A DNA stretch of 64,000 nt, taken from Vicugna vicugna. Taxonomy: Eukaryota. The DNA is taken from contig MU058059.1 in assembly GCA_013265495.1 (NCBI GenBank), positions 2,393,502 to 2,457,501 on the forward strand, read 5' to 3'. Numbering within the stretch: the stretch's first letter is position 1; each line of letters starts with the position of its first letter. Shown in pieces: positions 37,771-50,985 of the stretch. The translations under genes and the position numbers were made by a program. The notes beneath the pieces are model-generated. The model was not told where the DNA came from and did not search any database. It was given only the letters and a program-made list of their open reading frames with translations.

Positions 37771-40169
37771 AGACTTGAGGTGAAAGCAGCTCAGAGAGTA
37801 AGGAAAGCATTAGGAATTTCCTTGGCTAGATCTGGGTATTATTGCTTCTCCGTGAGAGCTTTAAAATTTATCTAGCCACATCCGCCTCCTTCTCTCCATT
37901 CAGTCATTCAGGAGCAGCTGCGCCTCTGTCCTAAGGCTAAAATTAATTCCTCTTCTCCGTGGCTCATCCTCCAGGTGCAGACGGACGCCCTGCCCCTGTG
38001 ACGCTTCACTGCATCCTTGTGTATCTTCTCTTCGTCCTCTGGATCGGGGGTTTTATTCAGCTTTGTATCTCCCCCAGACCCCACCATATAGTGGAACAAC
38101 CAGTGGAACAAATAAACGTCTTAAGCAGATGTGAATCCTGGTTTGCAGTAGCAATGACATCTTGAGGCAGTCGCCTCCCTCTCTGGCCCAGGTTTCTGCA
38201 CCCCAAAGTGGTACTATGATAAACCTGACACAGAGTTGTGGTCCGGATTCAAAGTCCGTGAAGGACTTCCTCTGTGCCTGTGAAGTGGGTGCTCATCACA
38301 TTACCTGCGGTTCGGATTGTCCTGGATGGAGTGGCTGCTGGGATCCACGTGTACAGTTGCTGACTTCACGTGGGTGAACAGGAGAATCCACATTCTAGGA
38401 GCCACACCCGGACACTTGGGGGGAAGGACTGCACAGGGTGAGAGGAAGACTCAGGAGCAAATGGCTTAATTCTTTTCAAGGTTAGGGTTAGGGAGACATA
38501 AGGTGTGGGCAGTGATTTGAGGAAAGAATATCAGAGTCTTCTAGGTCAGTATGATAGCGATAATCCACCTGTGGGATTCCAGCGGTTTAATACATCGAGG
38601 GTGCCGTGAGAGCGGGGAGGGGTTGGGGGACACGAGGGAGTGGGTTGGAGAGGGAAGCCAGCCCCTGCACAGAGGCAGCCAGGAGCCAGGTCCTGGCCAG
38701 GCGGTAATTGTGAACAGCTGCTCCCCACTGGGCCTGCAGCTGTGCGGATGAAGCACTGCTGACTTAGCCTGTGCTGCGTCGGAGCCGGGGCGGGACTGCG
38801 GGGTCTTCCCGCAGAGAGATGGGTCAGGCCTCTAGAGGACTCCTGGGTGAGTCCACCTGCCCCTCAGACCCCTCGCCCAGCCACGTCCCCCCTCGTCCTG
38901 GCGCTGTGCTATGTGGACGGAAGGGCCCTCCCCTCACAAGACCTCTCCCTGGAGCCACCGCGGCAGGCGACGTGTCCCCAGGTGACTGGGCTCCCTCTTG
39001 CTGCCCGAGCCCCGGGGGCAGGGTCTGGGGGGAAGAAAGTGGAACAGAGCTGGGGTCTGGCAGCTGTGGCTCAGTGCCGTCACGGGATCGTGAATAAGAT
39101 CAGAGGTGTGATGACTTACAATGTGGCCTCTACTTCTTCGGGCTGCCGCCCAAGGAAGTGCCTCACGTGACAGTTAAACCTGCCTTGCTCTTAGTTTTCT
39201 GTGGTTCTGGGGAAAGAACACTTCGAATCCTCCTGCCACAGACACTGGTCTTGAATGGAGGGGGAGTTAGGATGGCAGAGCCCCAGGTTTCCTGCTGGAA
39301 GCTGGCGCCTTCGAGGCCTCCCGAGGCCCCTGCCTCCCCCTGCAGAAACACTCCCCCCAAAGACGCCAGTGTCCGCATGTTGCCAGATTGCCGAGCCTCT
39401 CGGTGCCTTCTGCCGGGGCCACCGGGGCCCGTGGGGCAGGGGACATGCTTGCCTCTTGGCTGCTCTACCTCCAGCATCAGTCAGGTCCTTCCCATGGATT
39501 CTCGGCAGCACGGAGACCAGGCTGCCATCGACAACCTGACTTGACCGGGGGTTCAGCTCCAGTGGAAGGAGGTGCAGCGTGGAGTCCCTTCCATAGGGCA
39601 GGACCTGTCCTGGGGTTCCCGCTGGCCCCAGCCTGCCTCCAGTGGCAGGGCCAGCTTCCCTCCCTCCACTGGAGCCCTCCGCAGGTAGACTGCCTCCTCC
39701 CAGCCCAGACAGAGGGGACCACTGAGTCAGAAAGGAGAGGCAGTTCTGTAACCCTGGTCCAAATCCTACCTCCACTCTCCTTCCAGGGCTGATCTCAGTG
39801 TTAGTGATGAGCAGGTCCCCATCTGGGCATGCTCACCCCTCCCCCAGACCTCAGTCTGTCTCTGTGGCCCCAGCAGGAAAGGGGCAATGAAGGTCCTTTG
39901 GAGCCAGGTATGTGATGGATGGAGAAGTGATTGGAACGGGATGAAAGATGAGAGGAAAGTGCAGATTTGGAAGTTGGGGAACTGGGTCAGAATGATGCTA
40001 ATTTAAGCCTTCCAGGTTGGCTGGTAGCCATGGATCTCTGGACTAGAGACTCCGTTTTCTCCGACGTGGGAGTGTGACACTCCTGTGCCCTGGTCACCAA
40101 TGCCCACCACCCCTCAGACCAAGCGTTGTGCATCTGTTTTCTTCCCCCAGTATCTGTCCGTCCACTACA

Positions 40170-40390
40170 TGTTTATTGGATACCAGCTACGTGAGGAGAT
40201 AGCAGGGAGCAGAACAGAAAGAAATCCCTGCTGTCTAGAAGCTTACATTTTTCTAGAATCGTGGCTAATAGGATGTTGTTGGGGCTTCCTGTAAGTCAGG
40301 CATTGTTCTGAAGGCTTTGCATACGTTAACTCATTTAATCCCGACAAAACTTGCTCCATAAGTATAATATTACCGCTGTTTATATGCATC
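40170..40390 (-). mobile_element. L2 3' fragment followed by a MIR fragment
   Basis: TGTTTATTGGATACCAGCTACG...GAAGCTTACATT (L2), then CAGGCATTGTTCTGAAGGCTTTGCATACGTTAACTCATTTAATCC (MIR). Confidence 0.6.
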
Positions 40391-41034
40391 TGGTGCCTGG
40401 GTGATGCGCAGACCTGCCTACTGCTCTTACTCACTGGAGCCCATCCTTGGGAACCTGTTACCAGCTGGGCACAATGGTGGCGTTCAGAGTGAGACGCGGG
40501 CCTGTAGTCTGTTGACACGTGTCATGGTGATACTCTGGTAGAGTCGTGTGAGCTGCTCCACGTCATCTCACAGCAACTACGCACTTACCTGGTCTAAAAA
40601 CAGTTTGAGAGTCTCCTCATCTCCATACGTGAGATTTATATTTCAGAGGTAACAGAAGCTGCATGAGTGAAATATTAGCCTCACCACCGGCATGTCCCCG
40701 TGAATGTGCCTTTCTCAGACTTCCGCCAAGCTTAGCGTGGTGTGTTTCGGTGGACGTGAAGCTGGCAGTGTCGCCAGGCGATTTCCGACCACGCCGAGGA
40801 GCGGCTCACCTGTGAGTCCCGCTGTCCCGTGAGGTCCGTGCTGCGCCTTCAGCAGTGAGCGCTGGGCAGAGCAAACTGGTTTCTCCCACGTGCTGCTGGG
40901 CGCAGTGGTTTCATGGAAAAGCAGACGTCAGCACCAACTAAGAAATTAAAGGTGTTGAACAGTTGATGGTTGTAGCCAATGAAATCTCGATGCAGTGAAA
41001 GCAGCTCATGCTGTTATTCTCTTTCTTTTTAAAT

Positions 41035-41160
41035 TTTTATTTATTTTTATTTTCCGTTGAAGTACAGTGATTTACAGTGGTGTGTTCACTTCCGGTGTAC
41101 AGCATGGCGGTTCTGTTATAATACACATACTCCTTTTCATATTCTTTTTCAATATAGGTT
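41035..41160 (-). mobile_element. Short L1 3' terminal fragment
   Basis: T-rich tail then TTGAAGTACAGTGATTTACAGTGGTGTG...GGTGTACAGCAT. Confidence 0.75.
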
Positions 41161-44100
41161 ATGCTGTTCTCTTTCCTATAATGAATATAATGCTTCGTCA
41201 CCATTGAAAATACAGAAAACTTTAAAACGAAAGTAACTGCAGTCATACTACCCAAAGAAAAACTCTTTACTGTTTGGCTTTTATTTTTATTTTTTTATTC
41301 TTTTTTCTAGGCAAAGGTACACGTCTCTGTCTTTGACAAAATCTTAACTGCACGTTGCCCACGTGCAGGGCATCGTGGTTGCACTCGGTGTAGAGGAACA
41401 TATGTTCCCTGTTAATACAAAGAGAAAGAAAGGCAGATTCTGATCTCTGAATGTTAAAAACAAACAAACCCGGTACTTGCCCTGGGCCCTGCCGCCCCCT
41501 CCAGGCTGCTGCCCGTCCTTTCTCTGCGCACACCGCAGGTCTGACTTCATTCCAGAGAGCCGTGGCCTTGTCGCCCTGCTCCGGTCTTTATTTACATTCA
41601 CCTAATGTCAGAGCCGAAAGGAAGTGTGTCCTGTCTTTGCCCCTCTGCTGTAGCTCTTCCCACAGCCGGGCTCTGGTTGGCAGACCTCTCTCCTCCCCAG
41701 GACATCAGAGTATTGGCGGTTACCACTCTAGCGGGTACGTCCTTTCCCCGTGGGAAGTTGGACGTGTGCACTCAGTGTTGCGCCTCCTTCATCCGGAGCC
41801 TCCCTCCAGGGCACCAAGAATCTCGGTTGCGCACAGTCACTGCGTGCCAAGGGTCACCTAAACTCTGACAACAGAGGCCCAAGGGGAATCAGCCCCCCAC
41901 CGAGCATTCAGGGAGTCTGCCTGTCTCTTGACCAGGGCCCTTCCCTGTGGTTGTACTGGGCTGGTTTTGATTTCCCGTGACAGCCTGTGCACATCCGTAA
42001 TGGACACACCTGTCCTGAGCTCATCAGGAAACACGGTTTTTTCCCAAAAACCTGGACATTATCCGTTACCTGCCCAGGTCCGTAGACATAGTCTGCTTTT
42101 ACTGTACAGGGTGCTTTACCAGATGCTTCAGGGGTTTAAGAGAGGCCAGAGACAGTCCCGGACCACAGGCAGCTCACAATCTGGCGCAGTGTGACAAGAG
42201 AGCTGAGTCATTTGGGAAGTTTTTTAAAAAAAAACTGTGCATGTGTAAATATGTGCATTTGTGCATGACATTTATACCTGGTCCCAGCTATTTATGAAAA
42301 TCAAGTGGGTGCAGGGATCTGGAATTTTAAAGCTTCTCATGGTTCTCATAAGTAACACGGTTCAGGAACTACTGAGTTAGAATTCGTAACACCAAGTCAA
42401 GTCTGTGAGAGGGTAGGTGGAAACGTCAAAGCCACAAGGCTGTAAAGCCTTGAACTTCCAGCAGGGCCATGCCTTATGCGTCCTCACATGTGCGGGTTCT
42501 GGACTAGACCCCTCCGCCCGAGCACCTGGGGAGGCCCTTCGTTCATGAATTCTGTTGAACTGGGCTGAGAGTGGTAGAATTCACAGTGCCATGCATTTGG
42601 CCGTAAGGATGCTCTGGTTTTCTAGACTGAAATAAGGAGTAAGAAAGACCACAGTGAAGGGAATCCTTCCAGCCTAACGAGAACCTGTGTTTTGGAAACC
42701 ACATGGGGACACTGGAATGTGCAGCCAGCCCTGCTGGTGCCACAGCTGCTCTGACACCTGTGCTGGCGTATTCCGTGTTCTCGAAGAGATAAACGAAGTA
42801 AGAGGTACAAAACGTATTTGTAAAAGAAAAATAGTTACAGAAACGAATGGTGGCCTTCTGTCAGTAGATCAGCAATGAACCACTTTTCTCCTTTCTTCGT
42901 GTGGCCTCCAGTAAGTTCCAGCAGTTCACGTTCAGTGCTGCCGAGTCCCGCAATATCAGAGATGCTCACTGACTGCAAAAACCGAATTGTATTTTGAAAC
43001 CAAAATGAGATGATTTTCATATTACCTGCCATTTGGATTATCTCTACTATTGTTATCATAAATAATGAAAACCTCAATGCAGATAATAATAGTGATATCG
43101 TTGTGATGATGTGTATGGTTCAGAGCACTTCTGCGTGGAGGGGAACAAACAAAATAATGTATATAAATGTTGGAGACATTTTTGTGCATAATATTTTCGG
43201 GAAACCTGAAAACCTGAGTACATAATAATTATATATTTGCCAGCCTTAGAATTCGAGATGACACTCTCTTCACATTCACGATAACAATAGATGCATGTTT
43301 TATTTTCAGGAAAACACTAGTATATTCTGTTTTACCTAATCAAGGTATTTGTATTCTAGAAATAGGTGACCAAAGTTAGATTGCTAATGGAAAGTGGGCT
43401 TTTGTACAGTGGGCTTATAGATACGTGGAATATCAATTGCAAAATTGTATGTATACGTAGCCCAAACATGTGATTGTCTTATGTTATTAAAGTTTTAAAA
43501 TCTTGGCTGTGAGATCACGTGTAAAGATGTCTTAAGTCAGTGTGACACGTAAATCTCAGGAACATCATAAAAGATCTCCAGGGTCGTTTGCAAGACCCTT
43601 GGGGCTCAAGCAGTGGAATCCTTTCCTTTGTCATAGAAAGGAAGAGGTTACCTCTAAAATTCTTCTATTTCTAGTGGAAACCAGATTGCTTCTTCTTGGG
43701 AAAGAACTGCCTGACCAGGATCCTTTCTCCCTTGGGAATTTGTGTTTTTCTTCTTTTCTTTCTTCTTTATTTCTGTCTGTCTATTTATTCACTTATTTAT
43801 CTGTTCACTTTTGCCTTCATTTTGGTGTTGAACAGGTTAATAATTGAGTATTGATTATCTTTATTTTTTATGTTCAAATAGTAATTAAATAATCAATTAG
43901 CAGATACTGTCTTGTACTTTATAGAAAGAATGTTCTGGTTAACTTGGACCTAAATGGAGTACCTCCTTTTCCCCCACAGCTTTGAGTGAAATCTCATTAA
44001 CATAGTTCAAGATTTGAACTCTACTGATTTGGAATGTGCTTGGTGTGAATGTGGAGACCTTGGATAGGACGGGTCAACTATATGTGTATGTATAAGTCAG

Positions 44101-46404
44101 TCACTTTGCTGTACACCTGAAATCAGCTACACTTCGATGAAAATTAAAAATTCTTTTTTTTCGACTGTGGTGATAGGATTTGTGAGGGATTGGCTTGGAA
44201 TGTATTCTTTGAAGTTCCGGAAGAGGGTTTAGGCAGGACCGTGGTATCTGGTGGGGGAGAATCTCAGTTTCTTAAAAGTTCTAGACAATCAGTCTCCAGT
44301 CTTGCTGCACATAGTTTTAATTTCAACAAGCGCTGGGTTGCAGTTGTCAACTATTGATTATCTGTACTGGGAAGTGGAGCAGGGGTCTTAAATATTGCCA
44401 AAGGTTATTTATATTTTACTTTGAAATAAAACCACTGGGGAGCAACTCTGCCTTTCTTATACGTCAGTCTTATGCTAACACAAAAATATATTTATTTTTG
44501 GAACATTTCAATTAACATTCCGGGCAGAATCCCTGACTGGCTGAGGACAACTTCCTGAGTTGTAAATTTTTTTCTGTGTAATTTGCAAGGAAAAAAATAT
44601 GTGTGATTCGTTAAAGAATAAGTTCAACGACTAATTAGAGAACACATATGCATGTAGAGTCATTAGGCAAATTCTTCTTTTGAAGGTGTCCTGTCTTGAA
44701 GCTTTGTGGGGAGCACTGGGGAGCAAGCAGGGCTGTGATCATCTCTCTTAGGTCTACCTCCAGAAGTGCACAGGGAGAGTAATGCAGACTTGTCACGGTT
44801 CTGGCAGGGTCTGTGCTGGAAAAGCCTCGGCACTGTGCCCACTCCCTTCGAGACTCAGCTTCCTGTTCAGACTTCAGAGCTCACAGTAGCAAGAAATTGA
44901 CAAATGGTCAGAAACATGCCTTCAGTGACGTGCCCCTGTGACATTGTGCTCTCCTCAAACGATGAATTGGCTTTACGTGGACTAAAACCCGTTCAAAACA
45001 TATGGTACGTCAGCTGGCTGCAGAATTTGTTTGTTTTGCTGTAATTCCAGAAGCTACTGTTTGGCTTTGACGTGCTCTTGAAAATCCAAGATGCTTTTGG
45101 TCAATGTGTTTGTTGTATTAAACTTCATATACATTTTATTGGGACTTTTGTTATGCAAGACAGGCTTCACCTCTTTTTTTTTTTAATTTCAGGTTGATCT
45201 GAGATGAAAGGACAAGATGCAATTTGTAAAGGACAATAATGAAAGTCCTTAGAGAAGCTATGTCCAAAAATCAGGTTCATTATTTTTTCAGTCACATGGC
45301 ATTGTTTTAACCCCCTTGAGTTGAAAAGCAGATTATACAGAAAGACTTTTTCTAGCAATGCTGAGGCTCATGGTGACTCATTAAGTGATCATAATTTAAC
45401 CAAAATTGTGTAAGTCAGAAAAGATACACAGGTTATTCTGGAACCTGTGTTCTGCTCACTGCTTCTTTACAGAAACAGTTATTTCTAACTTTAGGTCAGA
45501 CAGATTAGGGCATTTTGGGCTCAAATCATAGCTTAATGAGAGGCATGGTCAGCACTTGATTATTCAGAGAGCAATTTGTAAATTATCTGGCACCACAATT
45601 GCTTAAAAAAATTCTGACATTAGTAATCATGAAAGTAGCCAGTTACCCTGCAGTGACTTCATGTGCTTGGTGCTGGGGATGGCCTTTCTGGGCTGATTTA
45701 AGGATTCTGTGGAATACTGAATTGAAAGTTTAAAAGGTGGGTTTGGGAGCGGAAAATGAAGAAGGAATAGAACAAAAAGCTATTTAACTAACTTACACTT
45801 AGAAATTTCTATTCTTTTGGCATAGAAGGATCACATATTCACAGTTTTTTTTTTTAATTTAATACCCTTGGTTAATTCAAACTGTTTCTGAGGTTACCAG
45901 AGTAAGTAATACTTAAGCTTTCTAGAACATGAGAAAGGAGTCACTCTACATGTTTATTAGCACAGGAAGTGCCAACATTTTGAATTTAATTTTATTTTAA
46001 GGACCTTTTTTTCCCCTAAAATAAATGGTATATTCTTCCAATGCTCAAAATAGAGATGCAGTAAACATAATTTGGTTTTCCTTGTTGAGCTGTAATTCAG
46101 ACACCGAGTTTCTGTGAGGGGCTGTGGCTGTCGGGCTAGTTCCCAGAGCAGATGAGGGCCTTCAGAGATGGAGACGATGCTGTCTTGGATTTGCTTGTTC
46201 AGAAACGCCCAGCACGGCCCCTTCCTTTTCCCTTTAGAGCCACTTCCACATAAATGTAGGTGAAGCATGAGGCTCAACCATCCTCTGGTTTGCAAGACGA
46301 ATTTGTAAGTAATAACCAAGGGACACAAGAGTGATATTTATAATTATATGAGAACACTAGGTATAAACCAGGGCTGTCCAGGGGAAAGTCATGGTTATCC
46401 CAGG

Positions 46405-47035
46405 AATAGTAAGCATGTGCTGAACGTTTACTCCCTGCCCAGCATGCTGGGCATTATCTCGCTTAAGCCACAGGACCACCCAATGTGGTAGGTATTGTTG
46501 ATTATCCCAGTGGCAGTTAATGTTATGTGTGACCCTGGCTAGGCCATGGTATATAGTTGTTTGGTCAAACATCTGTCTAGATGTGGCTGTGAAGGTATTT
46601 TTAGATGTGATTAACATTTAAATAAGGGGGCTTTGAATGAAAATTAACATTTAAATCAGTAGAATTTGAGTAAAACAGATAACCTTCCATAATATGGGAG
46701 GGTCACATCCAATCATTTGAAGGCCTTTAAAAGACTGAGATTTCCTGAAGAAGGAATTTTCTTTGAGAATACAGCATAGAATCCTGGCCTGAGTTTCCAG
46801 TCTCCTGTCATACAGAGTATGGACTTGCTATGCTCAACAGCCATGAGATAGTTCCTTAAAATCTCTCTCAGATAACAGACTACTATAAAACCAACACGTA
46901 CTATTGGTTTTGTTTCTCTGGAGGAGGCAGACTCATGTAATTCCCTTTTATAGATATAACAAAGGCACAGAGAGGTTAATTAACCCATCAGAAGTCACAT
47001 TGCACAGTTTATAAATGGAAAACATGAGATTAAAA
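46405..47035 (-). mobile_element. MIR split by an MLT2 insertion
   Basis: GTAGGTATTGTTGATTATCCC [LTR] TTTTATAGAT...AGGCACAGAGAGGTTAATTAAC...GTCACA. Confidence 0.7.
46509..46939 (+). mobile_element. MLT2D-like ERVL solo LTR
   Basis: GTTAATGTTATGTGTGACCCTGGCTAGGCC...GGTCAAACATCTGTCTAGATGTGGCTGTGAAGG...CTATTGGTTTTGTTTCTCTGGAG. Confidence 0.85.
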
Positions 47036-47036
47036 C

Positions 47037-47414
47037 ATATTCTTTTTCATATTCTTTTATTATAGGCTATTATAAGATACTGAATATAGTTCCCTGTACT
47101 ATACAGTAAAATCTTGTTGTTTATCTATTTTATGTATAGTGCTATGTATCTGCAAATCCCAGACTCCCAGTTTATCCCTTCCTACCCCCTTCCTCCGCTG
47201 GTAATGGTAAGTTTGTTTTCTATGTCTATGAGTCTGTTTCTGTTGTGTAAATAAGTTCATTTGTGTCTTTTTTTTTTCAGATTACACATATAAGTGATAT
47301 CATATGGTATTTTTCCTTTTACTTTCTGGCTTACTTCACTTAGTAGGATCATCTCTAGGTCCATCCGTGTTGCTGCAAATGACATTTTTCTTTTTTATGG
47401 CTGAATACTATTCC

Positions 47415-47458
<44 letters not shown>

Positions 47459-47459
47459 C

Positions 47460-47492
<33 letters not shown>

Positions 47493-48315
47493 TGTGTGGT
47501 GTATATACGTATACATCACAACTTCTTTATCCAGTCATCTATGGATGGACATTAAGGTTGCTTCCACATCCTGACTATTGTAAATAGTGTTGCCATGAAC
47601 ACTGGGGTGCACATATACTTTTAAATTAGAGTTTTCTCTGGATATGTGCCCAGAAGTCAGATTGCTGGATCCTATGATAAGTCTGTTTTTAGTTTTTTAA
47701 GGAATCTCCATACTGTTTTCCATAATGGCTGCACCAAGCTACATTCCCACCAACTGTGTAGGAGAGTTCCTTTTTCTCCACAACCTCTCCAGCATTTATG
47801 ATTGATGACTTTTTAATGATAGCCAGTCTGACTGGTTTGAGGCGACAGCTCATTGTAGTTTTGATTTGCATTTCTCTGATAATTAGCAATATTGAGCATT
47901 TTTTCATGTGCCTGTTGGCCATTTGTATGTCTTCATTGGAGAAATGTCTGTTTAGGCCTTCTGCCCATTTTCGATTGGGTTGTTTGGTTTTTTTATTATT
48001 GAGTTGTATGAGCTGTTTGTATATTTGGAAATTAAGCCCTTGTCAGTTGCATCATTTGCAAATATTTTCTCCCATCTGTAGGTTGTCTTTTTGTTTTATT
48101 TATAATTTCCTTTGCTGTGCAGAAGCTTGTAAGTTTAATCAGGTCCCATTTGTTTATGTTTGCTTTTATTTCTATGGCCTGGGTAGGCTGCCCTAGGAGA
48201 ACAATGCCAAGATTTATGTCAGAGAATGTTTTGCCTGTGTTTTCTTCTAGGAGGTTTATAGGTCTTATGTTTCAGTGTTTAAGCCATTCGTGTTTATTTT
48301 GTGTGTGGTGTGAGG
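47037..48315 (-). mobile_element. L1 3' UTR and ORF2 C-terminal region (longest young L1 piece)
   Basis: The minus-strand ORF 47689-47922, [24 protein letters not shown]...[16 protein letters not shown], is the L1 ORF2 C-terminal cysteine-rich region. Confidence 0.95.
47417..47490. repeat. (TG)~20 plus (TACATA)n microsatellite inside L1
   Basis: Direct read of the sequence. Confidence 0.93.
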
Positions 48316-49036
48316 GAGCTTGTGGCAGGGCTTTGTATTGGGCTGTAAAAGCCTCCACTGCTGTGTGTTCCTGACGTCGTATCTGTTGATTGATGTTCCA
48401 AAGTTGTATGGAAAATTTGGGTTCAACTCTGTGCCTTCGAGGCCTTCAGCCTCTTTCTTCTCCAAAGTCATGTGTTTCCAAATACGAAACTGACTCTTGG
48501 GGCAAGTCATACTCATCTGTCACCTCGATAAAGCCATCGATAACATCACTAACTGGAAGAACTGTTAATACGTTTCAACCAATTGAAACCAAGCTGTCAA
48601 GCCAAAAACTGTCAACCAGTTATTTTATCTTATACAGCGGAACTGCCTGATGGTCATTTAGTTATGCAGCGGAAGTCTTTTGGGGAAAATGCTTTGCAGA
48701 AAAGATGCTTATAGTGAAAATACTGGACTGGCATCAAAACATTTTTGTGAATTTTTTTCAGTATGCTGAAGCCTAAATATCTATGGGATAAATGAAACAG
48801 CCTGATTTGCAGTATTTTTCTGTAGCTCTTGATTTGTCCTTTTCACAGTTATAGACAAAACTCCCTTCTACTGTAAGTTGGGCAGTACCTTTTTTATGTT
48901 TGCCCTTTGTCTTTCGAAAGCAGAGATTTAGAAACAAGAGCTCCTTTTCCTTCTTTGTAGAAGGAATCCCTAAATTTCTAGAATCTGGGGATTCTAGAAT
49001 CCCTATAGGGTCTCGACGTCCAGAGATGTGGTGCAT

Positions 49037-49460
49037 TGTTGCAGGTTGGGTTCCCTGGGATGCAGACTAGCAGGCAGGTGTCTCTTAGGAGATGCTCTTG
49101 GGATCAGAGTTGGGGAAGGGAAGGGAAAGGAGCAGTCTTACTCCTTACTCTGCCCAGTCCTGTGATAAAGAAGCAGCAGAGTTCTTCACCAGAAGCCTTG
49201 AAGCCTCAGCCAATCCCATCTGAAATATGCAAAGTTCTAATGACCTTTCAGAGTTGTCCTGAGTTGAGGTGAGGAGGCAGAGTCCTTCTCACCCAGTGTT
49301 GACCAGTCACTGGACATGGGTTACCTTGGGTAAGATAACTCTCTTCATCAATGGCAGAGACTGACGGCTGATGGCCAGCGGTAGTCACCGCAGTGGGGCA
49401 GTGCATCCTTCAGTCATAGAGGTGAAGGAGTCTGGGCAGCACATAGGTGTCCACCAAACA
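49037..49460 (-). mobile_element. LTR16A-like ERVL solo LTR
   Basis: TGTTGCAGGTTGGGTTCCCTGGGATGCAGACT...GCTCTTGGGATCA...GCCTCAGCC...TTCAGAGTTGTCC...GACCAGTCACTGGA...TCTGGGCAGCACA. Confidence 0.8.
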
Positions 49461-50371
49461 CCCCTAAAATGCACTGAGGTCAGGGAAAGGCAAGACAAAT
49501 TATCTGCACATGGTTGAGGTAGATCTCCTAGGACCAATCATCAGGTCTTTTTGGTCGACTGTCTTGTTTTCTTGACCAAATCAAGGAAGAGTTATTTTTA
49601 GATCCTTGTGCAGGGAATAAGACAGTGACTTCCTTTCCACAAGAATTATAGGAGACTTGAAACACTTTTTTGACTGTTTTCCTGTATTTTCCGCAACTGT
49701 TCAAAACTGTCTTTCTCTAGGATGCTCGGGTATCTCTGTAGCAACCAGCATCCAGTGCTGTGCCCTCATCCTTTCCCTGGGGCGGTGGGCCTCCCCACAT
49801 GTCTGTAGCCGTACCTGTGCCTAGTGTTCTTGTTGTCTTCACAAGATGACTAGTGGTCTGTGTGTCCTTGTCCCACAGTGGATTGGAAGGCCAGTGTCAT
49901 ATTTCATTCATCTTGACTCATTTGCCTGGCAAAGTGCCCAGCTCTGGAAGACACTCACCAAATGCTCAGTGGCTGAGTCCTGCCTGCTGTCCCTGTTGTA
50001 AGGCCTTGTTTTGCCTTCCTTCTTAGCTTTGAAACTCCACTCAGCCATCCTGAGTAGTTCCTGCTGCTCCTAATTCTCATCCCTAACCTTACTGTGGTTT
50101 CTGGAGCTGTCAACAATGTTGTTCCACCTTCCAGATACTTGTCCTTCTTATTTCTGCTGTGCGTTATCCGAGCTCTGGGACTTCCTGGGTAACCTGTCCT
50201 CTAATCCATCTTTCTACCTATTTCAGAGTCACATTTTTAATTTTCAACAACAAAGCAACCAAGCAGTTTTAAACTGTGAATCTTTAGAAAATTCCTTAGA
50301 ATGTAATTTGTCACTAGTTATCCAGTAGATACTCTTGACTGACAGAGCACTATTTAGGTTTGAATGCAGAA

Positions 50372-50985
50372 TAGTATTCTAGTCTGCTTGCTTGGTTGTA
50401 GTTTCAGAAACACAAATCTAGCTTAATTGTCAATGGGAATTTACTGGTTTATGGAGTTGGGAGTGGAGGGGTGGAATGTGGCTTCAGGCACAGCTGGATC
50501 CAGGGGCTCAAGACAATGCCAGCCAAGCTCTGTGCCCCTTTCTATAGCTCAGCTCATTTCCCTTTATGCTCTGACCTTGTTCTCAGGGAGAGTTTCTTCC
50601 TGAGCATGAATTCTGACTGAAGACAACCTTAAGCTTATCCCTCAACATTTCAAGATGGAAAAGGAGGAGGGAGCCCCTTTCTCCCTTTCAGCACCCATAT
50701 TACCCATTTTGTGGAGCAGGTTACGTGCCCAAACCCAAGCAAAGCGCTGATGCACAAAGCATTCCCAGGGCTTGAAGAGCGCTCCCGAGAGGTGGTGTCT
50801 GCTCACCTGAACAGACAGGTTGACCCAGACTGTGTGCAATTTGAGAATCCCTGCAAAGGAGGGGACGCTGGCAAACACACGTATCCCTGTCAGCCAAAAT
50901 GGGGAGCAGCTACTCCCATATACAGAGCTGTTTCTAGAGCAGAAATGGAGAAAGCAGAAATAGTCAGAAGCTTCATAGCGCAGGT
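50372..50985 (-). mobile_element. MLT1J/K-like MaLR LTR
   Basis: Diagnostic GGCTTCAGGCACAGCTGGATCCAGGGGCTCAA core; the ends are degenerate. Confidence 0.65.

Noticed and set aside
38541..39792. Many overlapping 100-194 aa ORFs on both strands
   Set aside because: GC-rich, stop-poor sequence gives Pro/Gly/Arg-rich ORFs in all frames, with no homology or exon structure.
41280..41325. Possible 6-nt microexon AG|GCAAAG|GTACAC
   Set aside because: The donor is weak and there is no upstream UGC microexon enhancer motif.
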